NCBI RefSeq assembly: GCF_006345805.1
Contig: NC_043002.1
Span: 104,160,001 to 104,224,000, forward strand
Origin: Octopus sinensis
Lineage: Eukaryota
Direction of reading: 5' to 3'
DNA length: 64,000 nucleotides
How positions within the stretch are numbered: position 1 is the stretch's first letter; each line of letters begins with the position of its first letter. The notes below the pieces were generated by a model. The model ran no database searches. It saw only the letters and a list, made by a program, of their open reading frames with translations, and was not told where the DNA came from. Below are positions 40,001 to 54,568 of this stretch, piece after piece. A program made the position numbers and the translations under genes.

Positions 40001-41380
40001 GTATATGTATATATATTATTGCTCGCTTTTTAATAAATTTTATTTCTGTTAAACATTAATTAAAAATATTAATTCTAAATAGGCATATTTCTTAATACTC
40101 AATTTAAAGAAAATGTTATTCAAGTTAGAATTTCTAACAAAAATGAACACGCATCAATTATTGATCAATAAGAAATAGAATATGAGAGATTAAGCTAAAT
40201 CTTTTATAAGAACAAAAATTATGATTTTATTTTTCATTACCTGTATAAAATAAGTCGACTAGAATGAAAAATGCAAGCAAGGGATAACAATATTCTTAAG
40301 TATTTAATAAACCTGCAAATATACAGAAAAAGATGTAAGCCTAAAATATAAGAAAAGAGCTTAGAATTTCGCAGGTTAAAACAAAGTTTCATTGGCTTAC
40401 CAATTAAATAAAATATTCAAATAAGTTAAGTCATTCAATACTGATCAACCATGTTTCACCCAAATTATTTCCCTATTGCTAAGCTTCACTATAAATAAGT
40501 TTTTAATTATTTTAATATATGAATATAAAGTAATAACTGATATAATAAGTGTAAAGAATGCAGGTAAATAAATTAAATACTCGGCTATAGTAAAATTTAA
40601 GCTTATTTAATTAATTAAGTATTTCCTTTGAATTATTTTTGGCAAAAGTATTTCAATTTACATTTAGAATTTTAATTTTTGGTTAAAATTTTTGATTAGT
40701 TAACTATTTGTCAGTTCATTTCTTTGTTGAGTAAATCTAAATCTCCCTCAAATAAATGCAGATGTCAAAGAGTCAATCATATTGAAAGAATATAAAAATA
40801 ATTTTTATAACTTTTATTAATATTAAACAAACAATAAACAAAGAAAAATGAATCTGTATTTCAAAAATCTTAAAACAATTTTTATTTGATATCTGCGAAT
40901 TTATGATAAAGCATCAGATTATTTTTATATTTATCTGCAGTATTTTAATCTATTTGCTTTTATTTTGAGCTTCTTGAGTGAAAGGTGGTTGATCAGTATT
41001 GAATGGCTTGGCTTATTTGAATAATTTAATTAATTGCTAAACCATTCAAATTTTTTCTTAGCCCAAGTATTTTAATCTCATTTCTTTTATGTTAGGATTA
41101 CTTCTTGTCCTGTATTTTTCCAGTTTTATTAAATACTTAAGAATATTTTTATCACTTGCTCCAATTTTTCCTTCTAGTATTCATATATATATATATATGT
41201 GTGTGTGTGTGCGTGTGTGTGTGTGTCTGTCTGTCTGTATAGAAATGAGGAGTAAACAGACAGCCGACAAATGATGAATGGTCTCTATGATTACTTGTCC
41301 TATTTACCTTTTTTCTCGTTATTTACGTATTTGATGTTCTTTGCACCGTTGGTGAAGTCCACTACTCATACATGCGCGTG

Positions 41381-41418
<38 letters not shown>

Positions 41419-41909
41419 ATATATATACATGTATGCATATATATATATGTGTGTGTGGCTAGAAGGAGAGCATTTCCGATGTGTTTGAACACTGGTAATT
41501 CAGTTCAAAATTATACTCTTTCGCATCAATCTGTAATTACATTTCGGAGAGAACAGGCGTCGTGCTACTGTTGCTAGGACAACTTCGTCACCAGTCTTCT
41601 TGAATATGTTTTCCTAATAATTGCAAAATATATTTTTTCAGCTCCTTACATTTCTCTTGTTAATAAATCAGCAAAATTTCATTGTCTCTCCTCGGAATTT
41701 CATTTCTCTGCTTTTATTTTATCACCCGTCTAAGGCTTTTAAACATTCGCGCACACCCAAGGATGTCCCCACACACACACACACACACGAAACCACACAT
41801 GCACACGTAAACACACATGTACTCAGACACATGCATACACACGGAGACACATACGCGCACGCACTTATGTAGACACACGCACACACACGTACGCACACAT
41901 ATATACATA

Positions 41910-42070
41910 CATGACGAGCCTCTTTTAGTTTCCGTCTACAAATTCCGTACACAAGTGTCTTATCGGCCCGAAGCTATAGTAGAAGACACTTTCCCAACTT
42001 GCAACAGTGAGACTGAACTCGAATGTCTGTGATTGGGAGGCAAGATTGTTACTACACAGCCACGCCTACG
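41910..42070 (-). mobile_element. 5' half of SINE family A
   Basis: gacgagcctctttt agtttccgtctac..ggcccgaagctatagtagaagacact..acacagccacgcctacg. Confidence 0.75.
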
Positions 42071-43489
42071 TCTATCTATGTATTTAAGCGTTTGCTCTTA
42101 AATTCTGTCGATGTTACTGGAATCTGCTATTCCACGGACACGAAATTTCTGATTTTTGTGAATATTATCAAACAGATTATTCAGTTATGTTTTCAACAGA
42201 TGATTTGACAGATTAATCTGAGGAGAAGAATCTGACGTTGTGTACATTAATCTTGTGTTGACGCTAATTCTGTTCTGTTTACAAGAAACCAAATTAGTTG
42301 AAAGCAAAGAGTAATCTCGGAACACATCGCGATTCATATTTATGCGTGTATAATGCCTATATATAGATATGTGCATATGTGTGTGTGTTTTGTGTGTTTT
42401 AAGGAAGCAACTTTTTAAAGACGCATCCTAATTGACAACACACAGAATACTTCTTATTATACAACACGGTGTATTTTCTTTTCGATCGACTGATTTTCGT
42501 CATGGGAATGCGGCTAAAGAACTGCACCTCCTTGAATACTGTTGTCTCTGGGAGACGTTGACGTCAAGATTAAGTTCTCGTTCAGTCAAAAAGCCGATTG
42601 ATTTTGAACATCAAGTATATTTCAAAAGTTATCAAAACATCAAATAAATTATTTCTACGACTTATGATTCATCCTAATGAGATTGTTTAACAAATGCAGT
42701 GTGTTTCTCTTTCTGAGATCGTAAATTTGGACATTTTCACCAAATTTAAATTTTATTTGTCTCAGTTTTGTAGATGAAAGCAGTTGTGCATCGGTGCTTA
42801 GAACAAATTTCAAGCTCTGACACGATTAATATATATATTCACTCAAACTACCCTATAGATCTTTATTTGACGTTATTTTGCATTTTGTAAAATACATACT
42901 AATATATATACTTGAAAAATTTACATTCTGAGTTCCAATTCCAAGGGAGTAGACTTACATTTCCCTCACTTCGGGGTCGAAAAAATGAATACCACTTGAA
43001 AACTTGGGTCGAAGTAATAGACATCCCTCTCCTTCGAAATTGCTGGCCATGTGCCAAACTTTGAAACCAAATTACTTGACAGATATTTCGGTGAAAACAA
43101 TATGTTATAGATATTATATACACACACACACACACACATATATATATGTGTGTGTGTGTGTGTGTGCATTCATATATATATAAATATATATATATATATA
43201 TTTATATATTTTTTTAATATAAAATAGTGTACATTTCAACACAAGAGAAGCTACCTTTGACAGGTAATTTTACATGATAGAAGAAGCAGTCAAAACGACC
43301 GATACCACATTCAAGAGCAATTTCGTAGGGAATGAAAACTTAAAAACTTTTACCTACTTATTTTTTTACGGTTATACCTAGGTTTGAATTTCTTTAGTAA
43401 AAAATAATTTGCCAGGCGAAATTCTCATCAGTAACCGCGTCATAACATTAACATATAGTTTATAGACAAATTAAACGCGTCCTTATATA

Positions 43490-43542
<53 letters not shown>

Positions 43543-43844
43543 GTGTGTGTGTGTGTGTGTGTGTATAAGGACAATAAGTAAAGGTACAAAATGCTAAAAT
43601 AATCTTATCATGAAACACATTTTAGAAACGGTTTCAGTAAAGCATGATAAAAAATTAAATCATGGAAAAATTAAATTAAATGTTTTTTAAAAATATTTCC
43701 ATAGTTTTCATATAAAAGGGGCATTTTCATTTTTTTCTCTCTATCTGTCTTTCATTTTTACTCTTGTAAAGGCTTCGTAGAATATTTGATATCAGTTCTT
43801 TGCTTTGATTGTTTAAGCAGCAGTGGTCGAGGAAGGTGAAGAAA

Positions 43845-43975
43845 AGAAGAAGAAGAAGAAGAAGAAGAAGAAGAAGAAGAAGAAGGAGAAGAAGAAGAAG
43901 AAGAAGAAGAAGAAGAAGAAGAAGAAGAAGAAGAAGAAGAAGAAGAAGAAGAAGAAGAAGAAGAAGAAGAAGAAG
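43845..43975. repeat. (GAA)~43 tract
   Basis: Direct reading, one GGA interruption. Confidence 0.95.
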
Positions 43976-44295
43976 CAGTAGTCGCCAATGGAGCCACCTC
44001 AAAGAAAACACAAATAGTGAGTGGCGTTCCCCAGATCACTGTCTTAGGACCATTACTTTCATAGTGGCCTTCTCAGATATTCTCTCATCTACCCGGATAG
44101 ACACCTTTGCTAAGCTACGCAGATGGTACGAAAGTGTCACTGAAAATACAAAACCGTAACGACGTTGTACACCTGCAGCAGTTGTTGGACTCAATTTACA
44201 GCTTGATTGACGATAATAATATGCAGTTTAAAGCTGGAAAGTGCCAAGCTCCGCGCTAACAACACACAAAACTGAACGTAAAACTCACAGGATAC
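43976..44295 (+). mobile_element. Second, older fragment of the CR1-like LINE RT
   Basis: VVANGATSKKTQIVSGVPQITVLGPLL..SYADGTKV..NNMQFKAGKCQ, homologous to 33180-33490. Confidence 0.85.
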
Positions 44296-44816
44296 AATCA
44301 CAGGAACCCACTTTACCTATTTGAACTAGGTGAGTCAATATTATTTGGCTGCTAAAACCAAAGCACAGCAATGATTCACGGACACTTTGAGATGGATCTG
44401 ACTCGATGGTGGCTTTCAGTTGAATATTATCCACCTTTGTTTCTGGTCGACCGCGTTGCTCATTTGTGGGGTGAAAGTTACCAGAACGAAATTTTGCAAC
44501 CTACTTTGATACTGTCTGCTGTGTAATAACAAAAGAACGAAATAGTCCATTAATATTCCGAGCTGACTGTGATGGTGTATTTCCAATAAAGAACTCAAAT
44601 TTCAAAACTGTACGAATTTCCGACCTCTCCCTTTCTAAACAAAAGTAGCAAAAACCGATTTATGAATATTTTATAAAGCGCAAAATTAGTCAGAATAAAG
44701 AAATAGATGTGTCAGCTTTCTAACAAAAAGACATTCTCAAAATATAATAATGGCGCAAAATGAGCAGCTGTCAAGGTTTACCATATACCTTACTACAAAT
44801 TTCCTACCTGTCGAAC

Positions 44817-44897
<81 letters not shown>

Positions 44898-45040
44898 TGT
44901 GTGTGGAAGCACAAATATATATATAGATATATATGTATATATAGTTTTTTTCATACATATATATGTGCTTACATATGTATGTGTGTGTGTATTTATATGT
45001 ATGCATATATAGACTTATGTTGATACATATATGTATATGT

Positions 45041-45071
<31 letters not shown>

Positions 45072-45672
45072 TAAATAAAGAAAGAAAGAAAGAAAGAAAG
45101 AAAAGAAGGAAAGTAACGGTTTGTACTTGTCACGATAACGATGTAACAGTGCATTTTAACTTCTTAATTTATACACATTATTTTGAAAGATATGTAAAAT
45201 TAATTGATATGACATTGCTGGGAATTCTGACTGTAACAACTGGACAACTTCAATAAAGATGTTGAAGAATGGACCAAAGGATAAGTGAATATTTTGAGCA
45301 TAGCGTTCTGCCTTCAGTTTGCTAACATCAGTGTAGCTGAGTGAAAGAGAAGTAAAATGAGATTGTTATATTCTTCTAAAGTATCTTTTAAATTTTCGAA
45401 ATTATCTTCCCATTTCATATAGCGGAAATTTAAATATTTTTCGGTGTCTGTTTGGTATCGATGATCGTGAGGGAACTATCGAAGTATAACTTCAATCTAT
45501 CACGTACGTCGTTCAGTGAAAACTGTTCTTTCCTTAAAAAGAAACAAATTCGTGCAAGTCATTTGCTTTGCAATAATACTGTCTTAGATAATATAAATAC
45601 AAACATACATGTAGACACAGGCACACAGAAACACACACGCACACGCACAACTATGTATATACACATACATAC

Positions 45673-45724
<52 letters not shown>

Positions 45725-45818
45725 GTACCTATCTATCTATCAATCTATATATCTATGTATTTGTCTTTATATCTAAATATATATATATAATATGTATATA
45801 CACATGCATATATATATG

Positions 45819-45852
<34 letters not shown>

Positions 45853-46455
45853 CGCATATAAATATAGCTGTATACTCATAGATACACACACACAAACACA
45901 CACATATATGTATGTAAATTTGTATTTTTCTACGTATGTATGGACGTCGTTGTTCATAATGCAATATAATTAACGACGATAAAACTATAGAAAAAATGCT
46001 AAAGCTACAAACAAAAAAAAGGCAGCCATAACTAATAGACTATTACAATAATCATTTTTGTCTCGGCTGCGATAAATTTTTTCCTTGTTTTTATCTCGAC
46101 TCTGATAAGTTTTCTCAGAGCTACGAACACGTCTTATGAATAAAAATTGAAACAAATGTATTGTTCGCTTTCTTCCTTTGATCCTTAGAATCAGTCTAAT
46201 CACACACATATACATAATTCCAGAATCATATACACAGAGACTCATAGACACATATTCACAGACACACAGCCATAAACATTTCTACTCACAAACACACTTA
46301 CATAGTTACACATATATACATATAAATTTGTGCGTGCCTATTTGTATAGAGATATATATGTATGTATTTCTGCGTTTATAAAACAATATGTATATGTGTT
46401 TGTGTGTATTAATCTATGTTTCTGTACATGTGTGTATATTGATATACACACACAC

Positions 46456-46510
<55 letters not shown>

Positions 46511-46530
46511 GTCCATCTATCTATCTATCT

Positions 46531-46566
<36 letters not shown>

Positions 46567-47329
46567 CTGTCCGTCTATCTATCCATGTATCTATCAGCCA
46601 GTCAATCAATCTATCTAGCTATCTAATTATCTATATATCCACCTAGCTAGCTAGCTATTTCTCTGTCTGTCTCTTTCCCTGTCTGTCTTTCTCTACATAT
46701 TTCTCTCTTTTTTTTTCATCTCTCCCTTCTTGAAAGTGTCCTACACGATTTATCTGAGTGTATTTCTGTGATTGTTTCTGCGTTGGTGTGATCACCATTG
46801 CTTGTGTGAATGTCTGTGCCGGTGCGCCTGTGTATCTGCTTCCGTATGTGTATGATTTGTGTAGTTAATCTACAGATGTCTATGAATACCAAAACGTCAT
46901 AACGGACAATTATCTGTCTTCGACCGTGACAACCGACAAACAAATCTGACATCTACCAAAGATGTTCTTGATAATTATGTTTAACAATTAGTCCTCCTCT
47001 ATTTGCATTGCAGTCATTGTTATACAGACCGTGAACGGAAATGCTAATATAAAACATGAAACATAATCATAACTTCACTAACTGCGAAGAGATAGATGGA
47101 CGAATTTTATGTATTTAGGCGATGTGAACACGGAAATATTGTTTATAACTGTCAGCTATTTCAACGTGATTTCTGTTTTAATGTATGACACATCACTATA
47201 TCGGAGCATGATATTGCTTTGCTTGCTCTCTTCTCTGCTAGATTTATGGACCGGAATATTTGAAGGGAAGTTATGTGCCATAAAATAAGTTATATGCAGT
47301 CAAATATAAACGTATTCCTTTATCTGGTA

Positions 47330-49250
47330 GATGGATTATATCGAAGTTGGTACCTATATCTCTACCCATTTGTAGCTGGTTGCCTTCGTTTCACTAAACT
47401 GGTGTAAACTAACGTTGGAGAAATGCTCAATGAAATTGACAACATTTACCCGGAGGGTTTACCGGAGCAATACTGGTAACGACATATATTGTGGAAGGGA
47501 ACCAGACTGAAGGTTCTTTTACAAACAGTTATTTCAGAGAAGAACATTGTTATTAAATAAGGAGGCAGATTCCCTGATGACTCTAATCAGCTCTCCACAT
47601 TTTAACGTTTTAACAAACACAGAACATACCATTTGGCATTCTCCTTTCTCAGATATATACCCTTTTCTGGAAAACGTTGTGAGGAAGACACCGATAGAAA
47701 AACTTCAATGAGATTCACCCCACCAGATATACCAGCTGTATTTTTTCTAATCAGAGAGAATGCTGTTAAAATTTGGTGAAGTAATATATAATGAATTAGT
47801 AGATTTAATACGCTGAATAATGAATTCTTAATAAATAGACTCAATAAAAAAAAGAGATAATGGTCACGAATGAATACGTTAATGATCAAATGTCAGCCAA
47901 AATAGAAATGATTTTGGATTGAGCAACAACGCCGACCATTATGTTGATCAGTGTAAGATAGTAGACGTAATGCAGGGACTAAATGAACCGATAGCTGCAG
48001 ACATGGTAGCAGTTCAGTATATGCTGGGTTTTAGTTGTGCGAATCGCATTAAATATATTAGGATCGTGTTAGGAATGCGTTAAAGCTGTAAAATAATTTG
48101 TTATAAATATTTAAATGCCTCACTTTCTACCTTTGTAGCAACTGAAAGGGATGAGTGCAAAAGCTGTGAACTTTCTGAAACTTAGATTTATCAAGAGCAA
48201 TGGGTTCAGCGAGGTGAAACGAAATAAGCTTTTGATTTTCCATTGACCGATACACTCCAAAATTTGTTGTTTACTGGAATAATTCTGTGAGAGGAATTAT
48301 TATGAAGTCATAGTAACTGGTAAAGCATAAATGAATTAAACAACAAACCAACCAGAAGGTCTGCAACTTTGCACACCCTATGGTTAATCTATTCCAGCGA
48401 CATTGGTCCCTGAATAGAAAAAGCCTCATAAAAGGACTGGATCTCGTTTGAGCCTGATATCTATTTGGACATAAACTGAGAAAAGTTAAAAGCAAGTTGG
48501 TAAATCTCACCAAGAGTAGGCTTCAGGGGTATCTAGTGCTTAATGGCGTTGAAAATACAAGTTATGTATAAATTGCATGTTTATTTTAAACCTATGTGAA
48601 GTCGTTCGTTCTTTTTCATTTCAACATTATGTGGCTTAAAGTCTCCTGCATTAAGAAGCTTCATTTTCTGTTAATGAATTCTTCGTGAACATCGTAACTC
48701 GTGACCGAGGCCGATATTTACGTAGAGATAACGGGTTACTGATATATATATATATATAAGGCGGCGAGCTGGCAGAAACGTTAGCACGCTGGACGAAATG
48801 CTTAGCGGTATGTGGTATTTCGTCTGCCGTTACGTTCTGAGTTCAAATTCCGCCGAGGTCGACTTAGCCTTTCATCCTTTCGGGGTCGATTAAAATAAGT
48901 ACCAGTTACGCACTGGGTCGTTATAATCGACTTAATGCGTTTGTCTGTCCTTGTTTGTCCTTTCTGTGTTTAGCCCCTTGTGGGTAGTAAAGAAATAGGT
49001 TACTGATATATTTGTTTAGTGTTAGAGAAGAATACTTCTTAGGGAGCGCTTCGTTTTGGCGATTACGTATGGAAGCCTCATAACCGTAAATAGTTCAAGT
49101 ATACACAATTCTCTATCATTGTATCATGGCGACCAGTGGCAAGCAGAACCATTCTTAAGACGTACATTGGGGAGCAAAAGTAATGACGTTGTCTCGAAGA
49201 TCCTGCTCATAATTACGAGTGACGTCGACAACTTCCAAGAATTTCTATCT
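47330..49250 (+). pseudogene. Highly decayed tandem Cys-loop LBD (AChBP-like) repeats, interrupted by a SINE
   Basis: IVEGNQTEGSFT; IWHSP; RYTSCIFSNQREC followed by LKFGEVIYNELVDL; NGHE*; YIRIVLGMR*; PDIYLDIN; DIYVEI; LRFGDY; YHGDQWQ. Many stops and frameshifts. Confidence 0.45.
48760..48997 (+). mobile_element. Young full-length SINE family B
   Basis: Perfect 14-bp TSD ggttactgatatat at 48734-48747 and 48998-49011. Confidence 0.93.
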
Positions 49251-49288
49251 TGGCAGTTTTAAGGTTCTTCAGTATAAATATAGGTTCT

Positions 49289-49500
49289 TCGTCGGTTGCG
49301 ACGACGTGGGTTTACAACTGAGCCAAACAAATGAACAGCCTGCTCGTGAAATAAACCTGCACATTCAGGAGCACTCCACATATATGTGTACCCTTAATGT
49401 AGTTCTCAGAGGGATTCAGCGTGACACAGAATATGACAAGGCTGGACGCCATTGAATTACAGGTACTATTTATTTTTGACATGTGAGTGGACTAGAGCTA
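49289..49500 (-). mobile_element. SINE family D 3' part with a different upstream segment
   Basis: Matches 12230-12405, then diverges into tgagtggactagagctatgtgaaataaa. Confidence 0.75.
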
Positions 49501-49929
49501 TGTGAAATAAACTGCCATAACTCCAGGTGGTTACTTTTCAATCATTTCTTGTTACCTGTAGGATCGATCTGATTATTTGTCGAGCCTATGGTGAAGATTG
49601 CTTCACTGTTCTACTTCAGGAAACAAAGGCAGGCAGAGATCTGAGTTGGCAGCTACAAAATAGTACCTGGTGGATATGATTGATATAATTTCACAGTCGA
49701 CACGAACCCCCTCTATCAGGCATTTTTTTTTGTTTTATTTTTGGTAATTGTTTTTACAATGATCACAATATTCTTCACTTTCTGCTAAAGGAAAACCTCC
49801 TCCGCTTTTGCTGATGTTGCTACTGCTGCTCATCCCCCCTCTTCCTACACTTCCTCCTCTGCATCATCATCGCCATCATCATCTCATAACCATTATCATA
49901 ACATGTTGTTTTTGTGTTGCTATTCTACT

Positions 49930-49957
49930 TCATCTTCTTTTTCTTTTTCTTCTTCTT

Positions 49958-50018
<61 letters not shown>

Positions 50019-50030
50019 GGAATAACACAA

Positions 50031-50125
<95 letters not shown>

Positions 50126-50473
50126 AGAAGAAGAAGAACAACAACAACAACAGTAACGATAGTAATAATAATAATAAAATATGCTTTCGTGAATGTTCTT
50201 GATAACGCAGAATTACAAGCATGTGAGATGTTTCGCTTTAAGCAATGTGTTGTTTTAAAGACTTCCAAGAAAATTCTGACTGAAGCGCAATAATTAAACG
50301 CATGCGCTATAGCTTCGGGCGAAATGGAGAAAATGTAGAGGAAAAAAAACAAAACTAAAATAGATTTATAGAAAGAGAATCGGTACATGATAAAGAGGGA
50401 AATATAGACTAACTGTTTTAAAGTACACCACTCCGAGATATTATTGCTATTATTATCATTATTATTATTATTA

Positions 50474-50506
<33 letters not shown>

Positions 50507-50511
50507 TATTA

Positions 50512-50542
<31 letters not shown>

Positions 50543-50560
50543 GTTTTGTTGTTGTTGTTG

Positions 50561-50606
<46 letters not shown>

Positions 50607-50710
50607 CATCATCATCATCATCATCATTATTATTATTATTATTATTATCATTATTATTGTTATTATCATTATTATTATTACTATTATTATTATTATTATT
50701 ATTATTATTA

Positions 50711-50751
<41 letters not shown>

Positions 50752-50758
50752 TCATAAT

Positions 50759-50791
<33 letters not shown>

Positions 50792-50933
50792 TATTATTAA
50801 AGTTATTGTTATTGTGGATGTTATCATTATTCTTATTATTGTTGTTGTTATTGTAATTAATGCTACTATTAATAATGTTGCTATTACTATTATTACGACC
50901 GTTATCATTACTAATAGACGTCATCAGCAGCAA

Positions 50934-51032
<99 letters not shown>

Positions 51033-51045
51033 CAGCAGCAGCAGT
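49930..51045. repeat. Compound (CTT)/(TTA)/(CTA)/(TAA)/(AGT) arrays
   Basis: Direct reading. Confidence 0.95.
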
Positions 51046-51431
51046 GTTTGTCTATGCTCCTCTGAAAATGTACTACAAAATCATTCATAGGAAATGATGT
51101 GAAAAGTGTACTTTACAGAAAACTGATTTAGATTGATTAATTAGCGAAGAAACTGCAAAATGTCTCGAGGATCTGCTGAAACGGGTAGCTAAATCTCCCT
51201 CATAACACACTCTGACATCTTATAAACGCGCAGACTATATTTCTTCATGTGTTAAACGTGTTTAATGAAAGAAAGGAGTATGTTAAATTGGATTGACCGT
51301 AATATTTGTAGTTTGGGGTTTTCTGGAATATTGGTAACTGAAAGTTAAATACCCCATATACAATAACACAGAGAGTAGAAATTAAGAGAAGATATGTACA
51401 AAATAGAAAATATGTAATATTTATAGACTGG

Positions 51432-51580
51432 TGCAGGAGTGGCTGTGTGGTAAGTAGCTTGTTAACCAACCACATGGTTCCGGATTCAGTCCCACTGCGT
51501 GGCTCCTTGAGAAAGTGTCTTCTTCTATAGCCTCAGGCCGTGGATTTGGTAGGCGAAAACTAAAAGAAGCCCCTCGTATG

Positions 51581-51621
<41 letters not shown>

Positions 51622-51800
51622 CTGTGACTGTGTTTTCCCCCCAGTATCGCTTCACAACCGATGCTGTTGTGTTTAGTGGTTCGGCAAAAGAGACCGATAA
51701 ATTAAGTGGTAGGCTTACAAAGAAAAAGTCCTGAGTTCGATTTGCTCAACTAAAGGTTGTGGTCCAGCATGGTCGCAGTCAAATGACTGAAACAAATAAA
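51432..51800 (+). mobile_element. Full-length SINE family A
   Basis: gcaggagtggctgtgtggtaagtagcttg ... ccagcatggtcgcagtcaaatgactgaaac. Confidence 0.9.
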
Positions 51801-52316
51801 TGAATAACAGAATGAAAATAACAGAATGTATATCAATAGCACACTGACAAATATAAAGCTATCCTCTCTTGTTACCCTCACACCACCGAAAGGCTGAGAG
51901 CATAATCTACAACCTGTTGTGGTCCATACTTTTCGGTGTAACTCCATATACAGCAAATAGAAGACCCAGATTATTTTGTAGATCTGCAACACTATTTCAT
52001 TTCCATGGACAGCCGTCAACCTTTCATTTTTATCCCGTCTTCCCGCTCTAACCATCGGGTCGTATATCCGCTGGCTTCCCCGATGAGAGGTAATCCCTTT
52101 GAGATATATCCCCGTACAAAACCGCTTACGGTCGACGAAATGAGGAGAGCCTTTGAACGAGAATACGCAGAAATACAGAGCAAAGTTTGACTGAACAAGA
52201 GAAGGTCTTCAGTTTTAAATCATGTGATTATAAATATTGTATCTGGATAATCTAGTAAATTCTCAAAACGAACATTTGAATGAACACCAAAACATACATG
52301 CATACACACTCACACA

Positions 52317-52387
<71 letters not shown>

Positions 52388-52536
52388 TATATATCAACAG
52401 ACAGAGATAGAGAGTGAAAAGTGAGAAGGCGTGAAAAGGTATCAGCGTCTGCAAATTATTGTTAGCGTCTGAAACCGATTAATGAGGAAACATACAAACC
52501 AGCAGGATTATTTACTCAATTTAAACTCGCTCTGGG

Positions 52537-52609
<73 letters not shown>

Positions 52610-52614
52610 TATAT

Positions 52615-52985
52615 AGTTAATCCAAACATGAAGACACAACGAGAAAACAACTCGAGGACGTGGAACAAAAATAGTGTTATTGGACGCTCAGGAAGGAAAG
52701 GAAGAATGAGGGTTTAACGTTTCGAGCGGAGCTCTTCGTCAGAAACATAGGAAAAGGAAAGATCCAGAGAAGGGAAGACGGGGGGGGAAATCGCCAACGG
52801 TACACACACGGTCACATAGTGGGAGAGTTTAGAAAAAAACATAAGACGAAGCCCGATGGTGTACGAAACAAACAGATGTATTAATATAACGCTCAGGAAT
52901 AGAAAAAGTATTTTACGTTTCGAGCCAACGCTCTTCTACAGAAAGGGACACAGGAAAAAACAAGGAGAGAAACAAGGAGAGAAAA
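52615..52985 (-). mobile_element. Two diverged ~200-bp units in tandem, each with a minimal HHR (52911-52945 and 52712-52746)
   Basis: uuu-CUGUAGA-a-GAGC guug GCUC-GAAACGUA-aaa and guuu-CUGACGA-a-GAGC ucc GCUC-GAAACGUU-aaac; both are followed by uuccugagcgu. Confidence 0.75.
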
Positions 52986-53224
52986 ATATATATTGATAAA
53001 CGTGTATATATATGTGTACCAACGTTTATCAATTTGTGTTCCAAGATTCCAGCTGTGAAATCGTGTCTTGAAACATGTATTGACGAAATATTCCCGGACA
53101 ATGGATGAGCGTTAAAATAAAATGAAAAATAAGTACAGTCATAAACGAGTGAAGAACAAATATATAGCGCGTTTGTCTATTTGGCAAAAAATGTTTTTAA
53201 AATTGACCATCCCGAAATACAGCA

Positions 53225-53282
<58 letters not shown>

Positions 53283-54499
53283 TATGTATATGTACATATG
53301 TATGTATATGTATATGTGTATATATACACATATACGTATATGCATACATATATACATTTATAAAAAATATATATGTGTGTGTCTATAATACACAGACAAG
53401 CACACTCTATAGGATAGACAGATAAATTGAGTTACATGTATATATATACATCTTAACAAACATACACGCACTTGTTTCTGATATGTATATGTGTATGTAT
53501 ATGTATATACACACATACGAATGTGTGTGTATTTGTGTATATGTGTATGGTTGTATATATTATATATATATATATGAGAGAGAGAGGGTGCGAGATGTGT
53601 GGTTTTCATCCATCACTGTATGAATGTATTTTGTATGTCGGTTTTTGAAAGGAACTTATGACGCAACAAGATACCGTTATTAACCTCAACCATTGCATTC
53701 GTGTCAAACGAAGAATTTCTCTGCCATTGCGCATTGTGTAACTTTGAAATGAAGGGGAAAATTACAGAATATTTGCAAGAAAAAGGGGGATATTGCCTTT
53801 TTTGTGTGTTTCTTTCATAGAGTTCAAAATTACAAAACCTAAGAAGATATCGACAAAGAGAAAAAAATATATAAAATGGAATATTCTCACATAATAAAAG
53901 ATTAAGGAACAGAATTGCCTCAGCTGTTTCTCCTCATCTTAGTAATAACTGAACTTGACTAGGAAGATGAGATGGAGCGTGCGGTCGAAGGTGTTTTGAT
54001 AACGAGGAAAGGGAAAGACGATGACAAAGGCAGAGATAAAGATAGAGTGAGTTGGGGAGAGAAAATATTTTGCATCCAAAAATTACAACAATGAAAGAAA
54101 ATGAATTTAAAATCACATAAAGAAGGCATAAAAGAAACGCTGATCAATTAAGAAAGTTGCTTTAACTGAAGGATTTCTTCAAGACATGTTTCAGCCATTT
54201 TTTTTTTTTTTGCCTGAAAATTAATTTCGCGCTGACATTACAGAACACAGCTTGATTCAAAATGTCTTAGAATATATTATTTTAATTAACATAATTATAA
54301 GAACAGTAATAACAATACGAATAGTTCTATTAGTAATAACTACCGTTAATATCTCTACTATTATAACCACTTTTATTATTATTGTCTCATTTTATTTGTA
54401 ATTTATTGATATAAATCTGGTTTTATAGAGTTAATACCAACGTCACTATCATAACAATAAATATATTACTTTATACTGTAATTTTAGTTTTGTTTGTTG

Positions 54500-54568
<69 letters not shown>

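Noticed and set aside
43615-43720. Hammerhead-like GAAACCGUUUC with tttta/taaaa flanks on minus strand
   Set aside because: Core too degenerate and stem II unclear
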